From Comamonadaceae bacterium (GTDB lineage Bacteria > Pseudomonadota > Gammaproteobacteria > Burkholderiales > Burkholderiaceae_C), in assembly GCA_027486255.1 (NCBI GenBank), contig JAIXPL010000029.1, positions 4,367 through 68,366 of the forward strand: DNA of 64,000 nt. Direction: 5' to 3'. This document shows, piece by piece, positions 40,731 through 49,255 of this stretch; position 1 is the stretch's first letter; the number at the start of each line of letters is the position of its first letter. The position numbers and the translations under genes are program-made. The notes beneath the pieces were generated by a model. It made no database searches. It was given only the letters and a program-made list of their open reading frames with translations, and was not told the DNA's origin.

Positions 40731-41069
40731 TCAATTCCTATGGCGTCGGCCACCGAAGCGCCGGCCCAGCAGCAAGGCGGCCAGGGCGCCCGCGCCCAGG
40801 GCCAAGAGGGCGGCCTTTGCGGGCTGCTCGCTGGCATAACGGCCGGCCTGGCTTTGGATCTGCGTCCACCACGGCGGCTGGCTGGCACCGCGGTATCCGA
40901 GGCGCGAGCCCTCCACGCCGGTGTAACTGGCGCCGGTGTCGTGCATTTGGATGTCCAGCTCATCCTCGGCTGAACGAAGCACGGGTTCACTCAGGGCACG
41001 GTGGCGGGTGCTGGTGGCCGGCGCGTGGTGGAAGTCTGGTTGGGTCAATGGAGTGCGGTCGTCGGTCAT
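40731..41069 (-). CDS. Tail-anchored ElaB/YqjD (DUF883)-like stress protein
   Basis: C-terminal Y..EQP.KA.LLA.GAG.LA.LLLGRR. Confidence 0.6.
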   Translation of the reverse strand: MTDDRTPLTQPDFHHAPATSTRHRALSEPVLRSAEDELDIQMHDTGASYTGVEGSRLGYRGASQPPWWTQIQSQAGRYASEQPAKAALLALGAGALAALLLGRRFGGRRHRN

Positions 41070-41438
41070 GGGAGGATGAAACGGGCAGGTGGCAAAAGTG
41101 AAGTGAAGGGAAGCGAGGGGAAATGAGTCGGCAGATTAAGTGGCGGGCCCCCTCCCCTTTGTGGGCGGTCAAGGGCAGCAGGGGTCGGACATGTCTGACC
41201 CCTCTGGCGCGGCCTGCAGCTCATGCGGGGGATCCCACACAAGCCGGGTCAGGCACTGACGGCGCGTGATGAACCGGAGCTACCTCAGGCGCGCCGGTTT
41301 GGCTTTAAGTTCAAGGTCCGGTCGGGGTGGTCTGCCAGTGGCAGGCCTGAGCCCTGCCCCTTCCTCGCCTAAGCGGTGGCGTGCCTCCACTGGCGCGCCC
41401 TTCGGGCACGTGAACCCAGCCCCCCTACAGGAATGCAG

Positions 41439-43628
41439 ATGTCGACCCACAGGCGAAAAGCCAGCCCCGGCGCCAAGCCCGGCACGGACTTACCCGGCAA
41501 GCAGGCCCAACTCGAGACCGCGCGCCAGGACACCGGCCAGTCCATCACCACCAGCCAGGGCCGCGTCATCTCCGACAACCACCATGCCTTGAGACTGGGT
41601 GAGCGTGGCCCCTTGCTGACGCAAGACTTCCTGCTGCACGAAAAGCTGGCGCATTTCGCGCATGAGCGCATTCCCGAGCGGGTGGTCAACGCGCGGGGTG
41701 CGGGCGCACACGGGGTGTTCAAGGTCTACAAGCCGCTGTCTGAATACACCACGGCCGCCTTCCTGCAAGACCCGCAGGTGGACACACCGGTGTTTGTGCG
41801 CTTTTCCAGCACCCTGGGTGGCCGAGCCTCGGCCGACACCGTGCGCGACCTGCGCGGTTTTGCCGTGAAGTTCTACACCAGCGAGGGCAACTTCGACCTG
41901 CTGGGCAACAGCCTGCCGGTGTTTTTCATCCAGGACCCGATGAAGTACCCCGACCTGGTGCATGCCATGCGGCCTGAGCCGCAGCATGACATGCCTCAGG
42001 CCTCGACGGCGCACGACAACTTCTGGGATTTCGCCTCGCTGATGCCCGAGACCACGCACATGCTGATGTGGCTGATGTCGGACCGGGCACTGCCACGCAG
42101 CTGGCGCATGATGGAAGGCCACGGGGTGCACAGCTTCCAGCTCATCAATGGCCGGGGGCAGACCCACCTGGTGAAGTTCCACTGGCGGCCGCGCCTGGGT
42201 GTGCAGTCCCTGGTGTGGGACGAGGCGCAGAAGATCGCCGGGCGCGAGCCCGACTTCCACCGTCGGGACCTCTGGGAGGCCATCGAGCGGGGCCATCTGC
42301 CTGAATGGGAGCTGGGCATCCAGGCCGTGGCCGCGGGCCGTGAGGACGAGCTGGGCATCGACCTGCTCGATCCCACCAAGCTCATCCCCGAGGAGCTGCT
42401 GCCCATCTTGCCCGTGGGCCGACTGATCCTCAACCGCAACCCGGACAACCACTTTGCAGAGGTGGAGCAGTCCGCCTTTCACCCTGGCCATGTGGTGCCG
42501 GGCATCGATTTCTCGGACGACCCGCTGCTGCAAGGGCGGCTGCTGGCCTACACCCATGCCCAGTTGCACCGGCTGGGCGGACCGAATTTCCATGCGCTGC
42601 CCATCAACCGACCGCTGAGCCCGGTGCAACACTTCCAGCGCGACGCTCAGCACCAGGGGCTGATCCACCGCGGCCGGGCGGCCTACGAGCCCAACACACT
42701 GGGTCAAGGGACCGAGCTTCGCGTGGACGGCTCGGCCAAGGCTGAGCAGCCCCCACCTGCCGATCTGGGCTCTGCCAGACTGCGCCGCCGCAGCCCCTCT
42801 TTTGATGATCACTTTTCACAGGCCACGCTCTTCTGGAACAGCCAGAGCACCACTGGCAAGGAGCACATCGTGGCGGCTTTTCGCCATGATCTCGCGCAGG
42901 TGCACGCCAGCGAGATCCGACAGCGCATGGTGGATAACCTCGCCCATGTGGACCCCAAGCTGGCCGTGCGTGTGGCCCAGCCCCTAGGCATCCTCGCCCC
43001 CGATGCGGCCGCGGCAGCTGGCCGTTTGGGCTTTCGGACAGGCCAGCGGCGATGTGCGCTGCAGGAGGCACCTTCCCTGGCGCAGGGTAGCCGCCCCCGT
43101 GCGGAGGGCCATGCGGCCACGCAGACACGGCGGGTGGCCGTGCTGGTGGCCGACGGCGTCGACATGGTGCCGGTGCGTAAGCTGCTGCACGAACTGGAGG
43201 CCGTCGGGCTTGAGCACCAGTTGATTGCCCCGCACCTGGGCAGCGTGGGCACGGCCGGTGGTCGCACCCTGGCGGTGGACCTGAGCCTGGGTCAGACCGG
43301 CTCGGTGCTCTTTGACGCCCTGCTGCTAACCGGCGGAGCGGCCGCGGCAGAAGCCTTGCAACAGTTGGGCACGGCCTTGCACTTTGTGCTGGAAGCCTAC
43401 CGCCACGGCAAACCCATCTGCGCCTTGGATGAAGGGGCAAACCTGCTGGCCTCACTGGGCTTGAGTTTCAGTCCGGAGCGCGGCTCGGCGCTCAGCATCC
43501 CCACGCCCGGGGTGATCCTGGCCGATGGACACAAGGCCCAAGAGGCGGAGATCAGCAGCACATTCATTGCGGCCATCGTGGCTGGCCGTCATGGAGACCG
43601 CCTGAATGGGGAGGCCATACCCGCCTGA
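41439..43628 (+). CDS. katE: Large-subunit catalase (HPII/KatE-type) with C-terminal DJ-1-like domain; distal His replaced by Asn
   Basis: ERIPERVV(N)ARG, RFS, RD.RGFAVKFYT.EGNFDL.GN, QGRL.AY, RLGGPNF. Confidence 0.88.
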   Translation: MSTHRRKASPGAKPGTDLPGKQAQLETARQDTGQSITTSQGRVISDNHHALRLGERGPLLTQDFLLHEKLAHFAHERIPERVVNARGAGAHGVFKVYKPLSEYTTAAFLQDPQVDTPVFVRFSSTLGGRASADTVRDLRGFAVKFYTSEGNFDLLGNSLPVFFIQDPMKYPDLVHAMRPEPQHDMPQASTAHDNFWDFASLMPETTHMLMWLMSDRALPRSWRMMEGHGVHSFQLINGRGQTHLVKFHWRPRLGVQSLVWDEAQKIAGREPDFHRRDLWEAIERGHLPEWELGIQAVAAGREDELGIDLLDPTKLIPEELLPILPVGRLILNRNPDNHFAEVEQSAFHPGHVVPGIDFSDDPLLQGRLLAYTHAQLHRLGGPNFHALPINRPLSPVQHFQRDAQHQGLIHRGRAAYEPNTLGQGTELRVDGSAKAEQPPPADLGSARLRRRSPSFDDHFSQATLFWNSQSTTGKEHIVAAFRHDLAQVHASEIRQRMVDNLAHVDPKLAVRVAQPLGILAPDAAAAAGRLGFRTGQRRCALQEAPSLAQGSRPRAEGHAATQTRRVAVLVADGVDMVPVRKLLHELEAVGLEHQLIAPHLGSVGTAGGRTLAVDLSLGQTGSVLFDALLLTGGAAAAEALQQLGTALHFVLEAYRHGKPICALDEGANLLASLGLSFSPERGSALSIPTPGVILADGHKAQEAEISSTFIAAIVAGRHGDRLNGEAIPA

Positions 43629-43675
43629 AGGCCCCAGGCTCGAAGGCGTCTTGGCTCAGACAGGCTGAGACGGGC

Positions 43676-44587
43676 TCACGCGTCGTGACCCCAGAGCAGC
43701 AAGGCTTCGCGCCCCTGCACCACCAGGTCGCAGCGGGCCCCCACGGGCAGCAGCACCTTGGTGGCCACATGCCCGAAGGGCAGGCCCGTGAGCACACGCG
43801 CCTTCACCTGCGAGCGCAGCCAGGCCACCACGCTGTCGAGCTTGAAGCCCTTGTCGTGGGGCACCAGCCGATAGTTGCTGAACTGCCCAAAGACGATGGC
43901 TTTTTGCTGGCCCAGCACCCCGGCATGCAGCAGCTGGCTGAGCATGCGTTCAATCCGGTAGGGATGCTCATGCACATCCTCAATGAAGAGGATGCCGCCC
44001 TTGATTGGCGGCAGGTAGGGCGTGCCGCAGAGCGAGGCCAGCAGCGAGAGGTTGCCGCCCCAGACGGTGGCGCCGCGCAGCATCCACTGGCCTTCCTCGG
44101 CGGCGGGCAGGCGCCAGCCCGTGCCTTCGCCCTGCCCGCTGAGCAGGTCGTCAAAGCAGGCCTGCATGATGTCGTCGGGCTCGTCCTCGGTACCGAAGTC
44201 CTCGCCGAGCGCTGGCCCCGCCCAGCTGGGGGTGCCGGTCTTGGCCAGCATGGCGCACTGCAGGGCCGTGAAGTCGCTCAGGCCCACAAAGCGGGTGCCG
44301 CGTTCCACGGCCTTGTGCAGGGCCTTGAATTTAAGGGCTGGCAGCAGCCGCGTCAGGCCGTAACCGCCCCGGGAAATCAGCGCGACATCGGCGCCGCTGG
44401 CTGCGGCGCGTTCGATCGCGGCCAGGCGAATGGCGTCGTCACCGGCGAAACGCTGATGGCTGACCAGCGCGGCCTCGTCCACCTCAACCTCGTGACCCAG
44501 GGCCTGCAGGCGTTTGAGGCCGCGCCGGAAGCTGGCCTTGTCGCGCACGGCGCTGGAGGGGGAATAGATGTAAATGTGCTTGCTCAC
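43676..44587 (-). CDS. ldcA: Muramoyltetrapeptide LD-carboxypeptidase (S66)
   Basis: RGGYG, GLSDFT (Ser), FIEDV.E (Glu), PFGH (His). Confidence 0.92.
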   Translation of the reverse strand: MSKHIYIYSPSSAVRDKASFRRGLKRLQALGHEVEVDEAALVSHQRFAGDDAIRLAAIERAAASGADVALISRGGYGLTRLLPALKFKALHKAVERGTRFVGLSDFTALQCAMLAKTGTPSWAGPALGEDFGTEDEPDDIMQACFDDLLSGQGEGTGWRLPAAEEGQWMLRGATVWGGNLSLLASLCGTPYLPPIKGGILFIEDVHEHPYRIERMLSQLLHAGVLGQQKAIVFGQFSNYRLVPHDKGFKLDSVVAWLRSQVKARVLTGLPFGHVATKVLLPVGARCDLVVQGREALLLWGHDA

Positions 44588-44619
44588 GCTGGGAGTATCC
44601 CACCGCCCTGGGGGCGTTT

Positions 44620-45729
44620 TCAGAGCAGCGGACGCAGCTGCGCCACCCAGTCGGGGCCGCTGAGGTGCAGGGGTGCCGCTTCGGCGGCATCGCCAGCCTC
44701 GGCCAGCAGGCCCGGCAGGGTGCGGGGCCCGGCCTCATGGCCCCGGTCGGGGTAAGGCAAGTGCTGGACTGCCTGGCTCAGCGCAGGCTCGTCGATGGTG
44801 AAGGCCCTGCCCTCACGCTCGACGAAGGCCTGCATTGACGCCAGAGGCGCCAGCAGCGGGCGCATCGGCAGAGGCGCGATCACGACCAGGCGCATGCAAG
44901 CCAGGCCAGAGAGCAGGTCGTGGAGAACCGCCGCATGGCGGCCCAGGGTGTGCCAGGCCGCTTTCTTGGGTTTGTCGCTCAGGCCAAAGCCGGGCAGGTC
45001 GGGCGCGTACACCGCCACGCCCATCCCAGCCAGCTCCAAGGCAGCGGCCTGGTAGGCCGCGCTCCATTGGCGTGGGCTGTGCAGCAGCACCAGCCCCGTG
45101 TGAGCACCCTCCCCGGCTTGCAGAACATGCAGGCGCAGGCCCTCGAGGGCAGGTCCGTCGCTGCTGAAATGCGAGCGCAGGCCGGCGGGCCATGGCGGCG
45201 TCTGGGCCGCCGGCAAGCGAAGGGCATCGTCCCGCAGGAAATAAAGGCTCCGGTCCTCCTGCTGCGCCTGGCGGCGGCGCTGGAAGAAGGTCTGCAGGGC
45301 TTGGCCGCATTCTTCGGCCAGCATGCCGCCGCTCACCTGGGTGTGGTGGTTCAGGCGCGGCTCGGCAAAGACATTGAGCACCGAGCCGGCGGCCCCCGTC
45401 TTGGGCTCGGCCGCGCCATAGACCACGCGGCCCAGGCGGGCGGCCATCAGGGCGCCGCTGCACATCACGCAGGGCTCGAGGGTGACGTAGAGCGCGCAGT
45501 CGTCCAGGCGGTAGTTGCCCAGGGCGCGAGAGGCATCGCGCAAGGCCTCGATCTCGGCGTGGGCGCTGACATCTTGGCGTGAAAGGCTGCGGTTGTGTCC
45601 GCGCCCGACCACGCGGCCCTGGTGGACGACCACGGCACCCACGGGCACTTCGCCGGCCTGCGCAGCCAGTTCCGCCTGCGCCAGGGCCTCGCGCATGAAG
45701 TTAGCGTCGTCGAGTTTGTCCAGGCTCAC
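44620..45729 (-). CDS. tadA: tRNA adenosine(34) deaminase fused to a degenerate haloalkane-dehalogenase-like alpha/beta hydrolase fragment
   Basis: GEVPVGAV, HAE, TLEPC.MC, FFQ.RR, then APDLPGFGLSDKP; GTGA overlap with the upstream gene. Confidence 0.88.
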   Translation of the reverse strand: MSLDKLDDANFMREALAQAELAAQAGEVPVGAVVVHQGRVVGRGHNRSLSRQDVSAHAEIEALRDASRALGNYRLDDCALYVTLEPCVMCSGALMAARLGRVVYGAAEPKTGAAGSVLNVFAEPRLNHHTQVSGGMLAEECGQALQTFFQRRRQAQQEDRSLYFLRDDALRLPAAQTPPWPAGLRSHFSSDGPALEGLRLHVLQAGEGAHTGLVLLHSPRQWSAAYQAAALELAGMGVAVYAPDLPGFGLSDKPKKAAWHTLGRHAAVLHDLLSGLACMRLVVIAPLPMRPLLAPLASMQAFVEREGRAFTIDEPALSQAVQHLPYPDRGHEAGPRTLPGLLAEAGDAAEAAPLHLSGPDWVAQLRPLL

Positions 45730-46337
45730 GGCACCAGACCCAGGCGCTGCATCCATTGGGCCAGCTGCTGCTCGGCCTCATTGCCCTGGGCATAGGCCGC
45801 ATGCATGGCCGCGTGGGACTCAGGGCGATGCTGGTTGATCTTGACCTTGCATTCAAGCTCAGTCACCTCCAGCTCAAAGGCCACGATGGCCGCGAGCATC
45901 CGGTGGGCATAGTCCTCGGGCAGGGCCCGCCACTGTGCGGCATAAGGGGCGTCGTGGTCAGCGATCAGCTGTTTGAGCAGGCAGTCCTTGGCTTCCTCGC
46001 CCTCCAGCAGGCGCGCGCGCACACGTGCCTGCACGGTGAGGTAGTTCCAGGTGGGCACGCGCTGCAGGTCGGGGTAGACGCTGGCCGGCATGAAGGCCTG
46101 CGGACCCATGAATGAGACCAGGGCCTCAGGGCGGTCTGACAGGTAGCGGGCGTGGGGATTGGGTCTGGCCACGTGGCCCAGCAGGACGCACACCTGACCG
46201 CGCTCTTCAAGCTTGAGGGGAAGTGGCGTGACAAAAGGAAAGCCCTGCTCATCAACCGACACCAGTTGCGCCAGCGGGTGCGCGCGCATCAGCGCCCTCG
46301 CATGCTCGGGGCGGTCGAACTGGGGAGGCAGGAACAT
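45726..46337 (-). CDS. FMN-binding PaiB family protein
   Basis: MF.PPQF, GHVAR.NP, VPTWNY, K.K.NQ. Confidence 0.88.
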   Translation of the reverse strand: MFLPPQFDRPEHARALMRAHPLAQLVSVDEQGFPFVTPLPLKLEERGQVCVLLGHVARPNPHARYLSDRPEALVSFMGPQAFMPASVYPDLQRVPTWNYLTVQARVRARLLEGEEAKDCLLKQLIADHDAPYAAQWRALPEDYAHRMLAAIVAFELEVTELECKVKINQHRPESHAAMHAAYAQGNEAEQQLAQWMQRLGLVP

Positions 46338-46343
46338 GATGCT

Positions 46344-46805
46344 TTAAAGAAAACGCTCGAGCAGTTTGCGCGAGGCCCGGTCCATGCCGAAGCGATCGGC
46401 CACCTTCAACTGCAAGCCTTCGCCGCTGGCGATCAGCAAGGCGCCGCCGGGCAGGCGCCGGATATCTTCCTCGGCCTTGAGCACAAAAGACATGTCGCCC
46501 CGGTCGGTGAGCACGTGCCAGGTGCATGGGGTGGAGAAGCTGGAGACCGCGTTCAAACGCTCGATGCTGGGGGTGAATTCCCGCACGGCCAGGTCTTCCT
46601 CGATCAATTCACGCAGTTCGGTGGGCGCCTGATCGAGGCGCTCAATCCAGGCCAGTTCATGGCCATCGGAGCCCACCAGGGACAGGCCTTCGAGTGGGGC
46701 CGCCAGTGGGAAGGCGCGCACGGGCGTGACCCCTTCATGCGCGGTGCCCTGCGAGTCGGTGAGCACGAGCCGCCCGAAGGCGTTGCGATGCAGCTGGAAA
46801 TCCAT
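46344..46805 (-). CDS. DUF1854 protein (cyanophycin-locus associated)
   Basis: V.PVRAFP, E.AWI, REF.P.I, W.V.TDRG, L..EEDIRR, SRKLLERFL. Confidence 0.88.
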   Translation of the reverse strand: MDFQLHRNAFGRLVLTDSQGTAHEGVTPVRAFPLAAPLEGLSLVGSDGHELAWIERLDQAPTELRELIEEDLAVREFTPSIERLNAVSSFSTPCTWHVLTDRGDMSFVLKAEEDIRRLPGGALLIASGEGLQLKVADRFGMDRASRKLLERFL

Positions 46806-46813
46806 AGCGGGCC

Positions 46814-49111
46814 TTATGGCTTGGCGGCATGCGCCGAGGGCATCTCGGGCAGGCGCGGAATCTGGGGGTCGGTGTCCACGTTGCGCGCTTGCGCCTCGTA
46901 GAGGCGCCAGTAAGCACCTTCGCGCGCCATGAGTTCGTCGTGCGGGCCGACTTCGACAATGCGGCCGCGGTCCATCACCACCAGCCGGTCGGCCTTGCGC
47001 AGGGTGGACAGGCGGTGGGCAATGGCAATGGTGGTGCGGCCCTGCACCAGGTTGTCGAGGGCTTTCTGGATTTCGCCTTCGGTCTCGGCGTCCACCGCCG
47101 AGGTGGCCTCATCCAAGATGAGGATGCGTGGGTCAATGAGCAGCGCCCGGGCGATGCTGATGCGCTGGCGCTCACCGCCGGACAGGCCCTGACCGCGCTC
47201 GCCCACCAGGGAGTCGTAGCCGTGCGGCAGGCGCAGGATGAAGTCGTGGGCATGGGCTGCACGCGCGGCCGCCACGACCTGCTCGCGCGTGGCGTCGGGC
47301 CGGCCGTAGGCGATGTTTTCGGCAATCGTGCCGAAGAAGAGGAAAGGCTCTTGCAAGACCAGGCCGATGTGCTGGCGGTAGTCGGCCACGGCAAAGCGGC
47401 GGATATCGATGCCGTCGAGGCGGATGGCGCCGTCGGTGGCGTCGTAAAAGCGGCAAATCAGGTTCACCAGCGTGCTCTTGCCGCTGCCGCTGTGGCCCAC
47501 CAGGCCGATCATCTCGCCAGGGCGGATGTCCAGGTCCAGCTCGCGGATCACGCTGCGGCTGCCATAGCGGAAGGACAGGCTCTTGAGCTCGATGCGGCCT
47601 TGGACCTTGGGCACAGGCACGGGCTGAGCGGGGTCGGGTACGTTGGAGGCGTGGTCCAGGATGTCAAAAATTCGTTTGGCGCCGGCAGCCGCCTTTTGGG
47701 TAAAGGAGACGATGCGGCTCATGGAATCGAGCCGTGTGTAAAAGCGCCCGATGTAGGCGATGAAGGCCGTGAGCACGCCCACAGTGATCTCGCTGCGGCT
47801 GACTTGCCAGATGCCAAAGGCCCAGACCACCAGCAGGCCAATCTCGGTGAGCAGGGCCACCGTGGGGGTGAACAGGCTCCAGGTGCGGTTGAGTCGGTCG
47901 TTGACCTCGAGGTTGTGCGTGTTGACGTCCTTAAAACGTTTGGCCTCACGGGCTTCCTGGGCGAAGGCCTTGACCACCCGGATGCCGGGGATGGTGTCGG
48001 CCAGCACGTTGGTGACCTCGGACCAGACGCGGTCTATTTTTTCAAAGCCGGTGCGCAGTCGGTCGCGCACGATGTGGATCAGCCAGCCGATGAAGGGCAG
48101 CGGCAGCAAGGTCACCAGCGCCAGCCAGGGATTGATGCTGAACAGGATGACGGCGGTCATGCCGATCATCAGCACGTCGGTGGCGAAATCCAGGGCATGA
48201 AGCGACAGAAACACGTTGATTCGATCGGTTTCCGAGCCAATCCGGGCCATCAGGTCGCCCGTTCGCTTACCACCAAAGTAGTCCAGGGAGAGGGTCAGCA
48301 GATGCTCGTAGGTGGTGGTGCGCAGGTCAGCGCCAATGCGCTCGCTCACCAGGGCCAGCAGGTAGGTGCGGGCCCAGTTCAGGACCCAGGCTAGCAGTGC
48401 TGAGCCCAGCAGTCCTCCCAGCAGCAGCAAGACCAGACCTGAGTCAATCTGCTTGCCGTTTTGGAAAGGAATCAGCACCTCGTCCATCAAGGGGATGGTC
48501 AGGTAGGGTGGGACCAGCGTGGCAGCCGTGGAGGCCAGCGTGAGCAAAAAGCCACCCAAGAGCTGCAGGCGGTAGGGATGGGCAAAACGCCACAGGCGCA
48601 GCAGCACCCAGGTGGACGGAGGAGACACCTGCCGGGTCTGGCAGGCGGGACAATCATCGGCATCCGTGCCCTCTGGCGGCAGGGGGGCGCCGCACCGGGG
48701 GCAGGGGTTGAGGTCGTCTTCGAAGGACAGCGCCTTGCCCGCCAGGCGGGCCTGGGCCTGTTCATAGGCCGAGATAAAGGACCTGGACGGCATCCCCTGC
48801 ACCAGGGTGAATCGCCAATGGGCCAGGCGGGCCTGCCCGTCAACCAATTCAAGGCATCCCACACCGGCATGGTCGTGCTGGCGCAGGGCAATACCCTCTT
48901 CCAGGGGCCACTCCCGAAGCTGTCCGTCGGCTTCCTGGGCCAGCAGACGGCGCTCCGTCAGCACCAGGCCGCCGACGGACGTGAATTGCAACTGTTGATC
49001 AAGGTCAACCGGGAGCGAGGCCAGCGCGTTCTCTGACTCAGGGATGCGAGAAAAAAGGGGCGACAGCCGGTCTGCGGCCAAGTCTCTCGTGATTACTTTT
49101 GGATGTGACAT
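46814..49111 (-). CDS. ABC transporter TMD+NBD with N-terminal extension and zinc ribbon (cyanophycin-locus associated)
   Basis: CPRC...CPAC, TM helices, GHSGSGKST, LSGGERQR, ILDEATS; ATG at 49111. Confidence 0.9.
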   Translation of the reverse strand: MSHPKVITRDLAADRLSPLFSRIPESENALASLPVDLDQQLQFTSVGGLVLTERRLLAQEADGQLREWPLEEGIALRQHDHAGVGCLELVDGQARLAHWRFTLVQGMPSRSFISAYEQAQARLAGKALSFEDDLNPCPRCGAPLPPEGTDADDCPACQTRQVSPPSTWVLLRLWRFAHPYRLQLLGGFLLTLASTAATLVPPYLTIPLMDEVLIPFQNGKQIDSGLVLLLLGGLLGSALLAWVLNWARTYLLALVSERIGADLRTTTYEHLLTLSLDYFGGKRTGDLMARIGSETDRINVFLSLHALDFATDVLMIGMTAVILFSINPWLALVTLLPLPFIGWLIHIVRDRLRTGFEKIDRVWSEVTNVLADTIPGIRVVKAFAQEAREAKRFKDVNTHNLEVNDRLNRTWSLFTPTVALLTEIGLLVVWAFGIWQVSRSEITVGVLTAFIAYIGRFYTRLDSMSRIVSFTQKAAAGAKRIFDILDHASNVPDPAQPVPVPKVQGRIELKSLSFRYGSRSVIRELDLDIRPGEMIGLVGHSGSGKSTLVNLICRFYDATDGAIRLDGIDIRRFAVADYRQHIGLVLQEPFLFFGTIAENIAYGRPDATREQVVAAARAAHAHDFILRLPHGYDSLVGERGQGLSGGERQRISIARALLIDPRILILDEATSAVDAETEGEIQKALDNLVQGRTTIAIAHRLSTLRKADRLVVMDRGRIVEVGPHDELMAREGAYWRLYEAQARNVDTDPQIPRLPEMPSAHAAKP

Positions 49112-49255
49112 GAACAATCTATGCCGGCCGGGTCGGCCGGGGCGCCGATTCTCGCGCATGCGCGTCCCCCCGCAGCTCAGGGGGCCCTCTAGGAATTGCT
49201 GCAGCGCAACATGACTACCGCCACGACACACCGCTCCGGATCCGCTCCCTCGACC

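Noticed and set aside
32905-43628. Stress cluster as a Xer-integrated mobile element
   Set aside because: No second dif-like site, integrase or replication gene, and no obvious composition shift.
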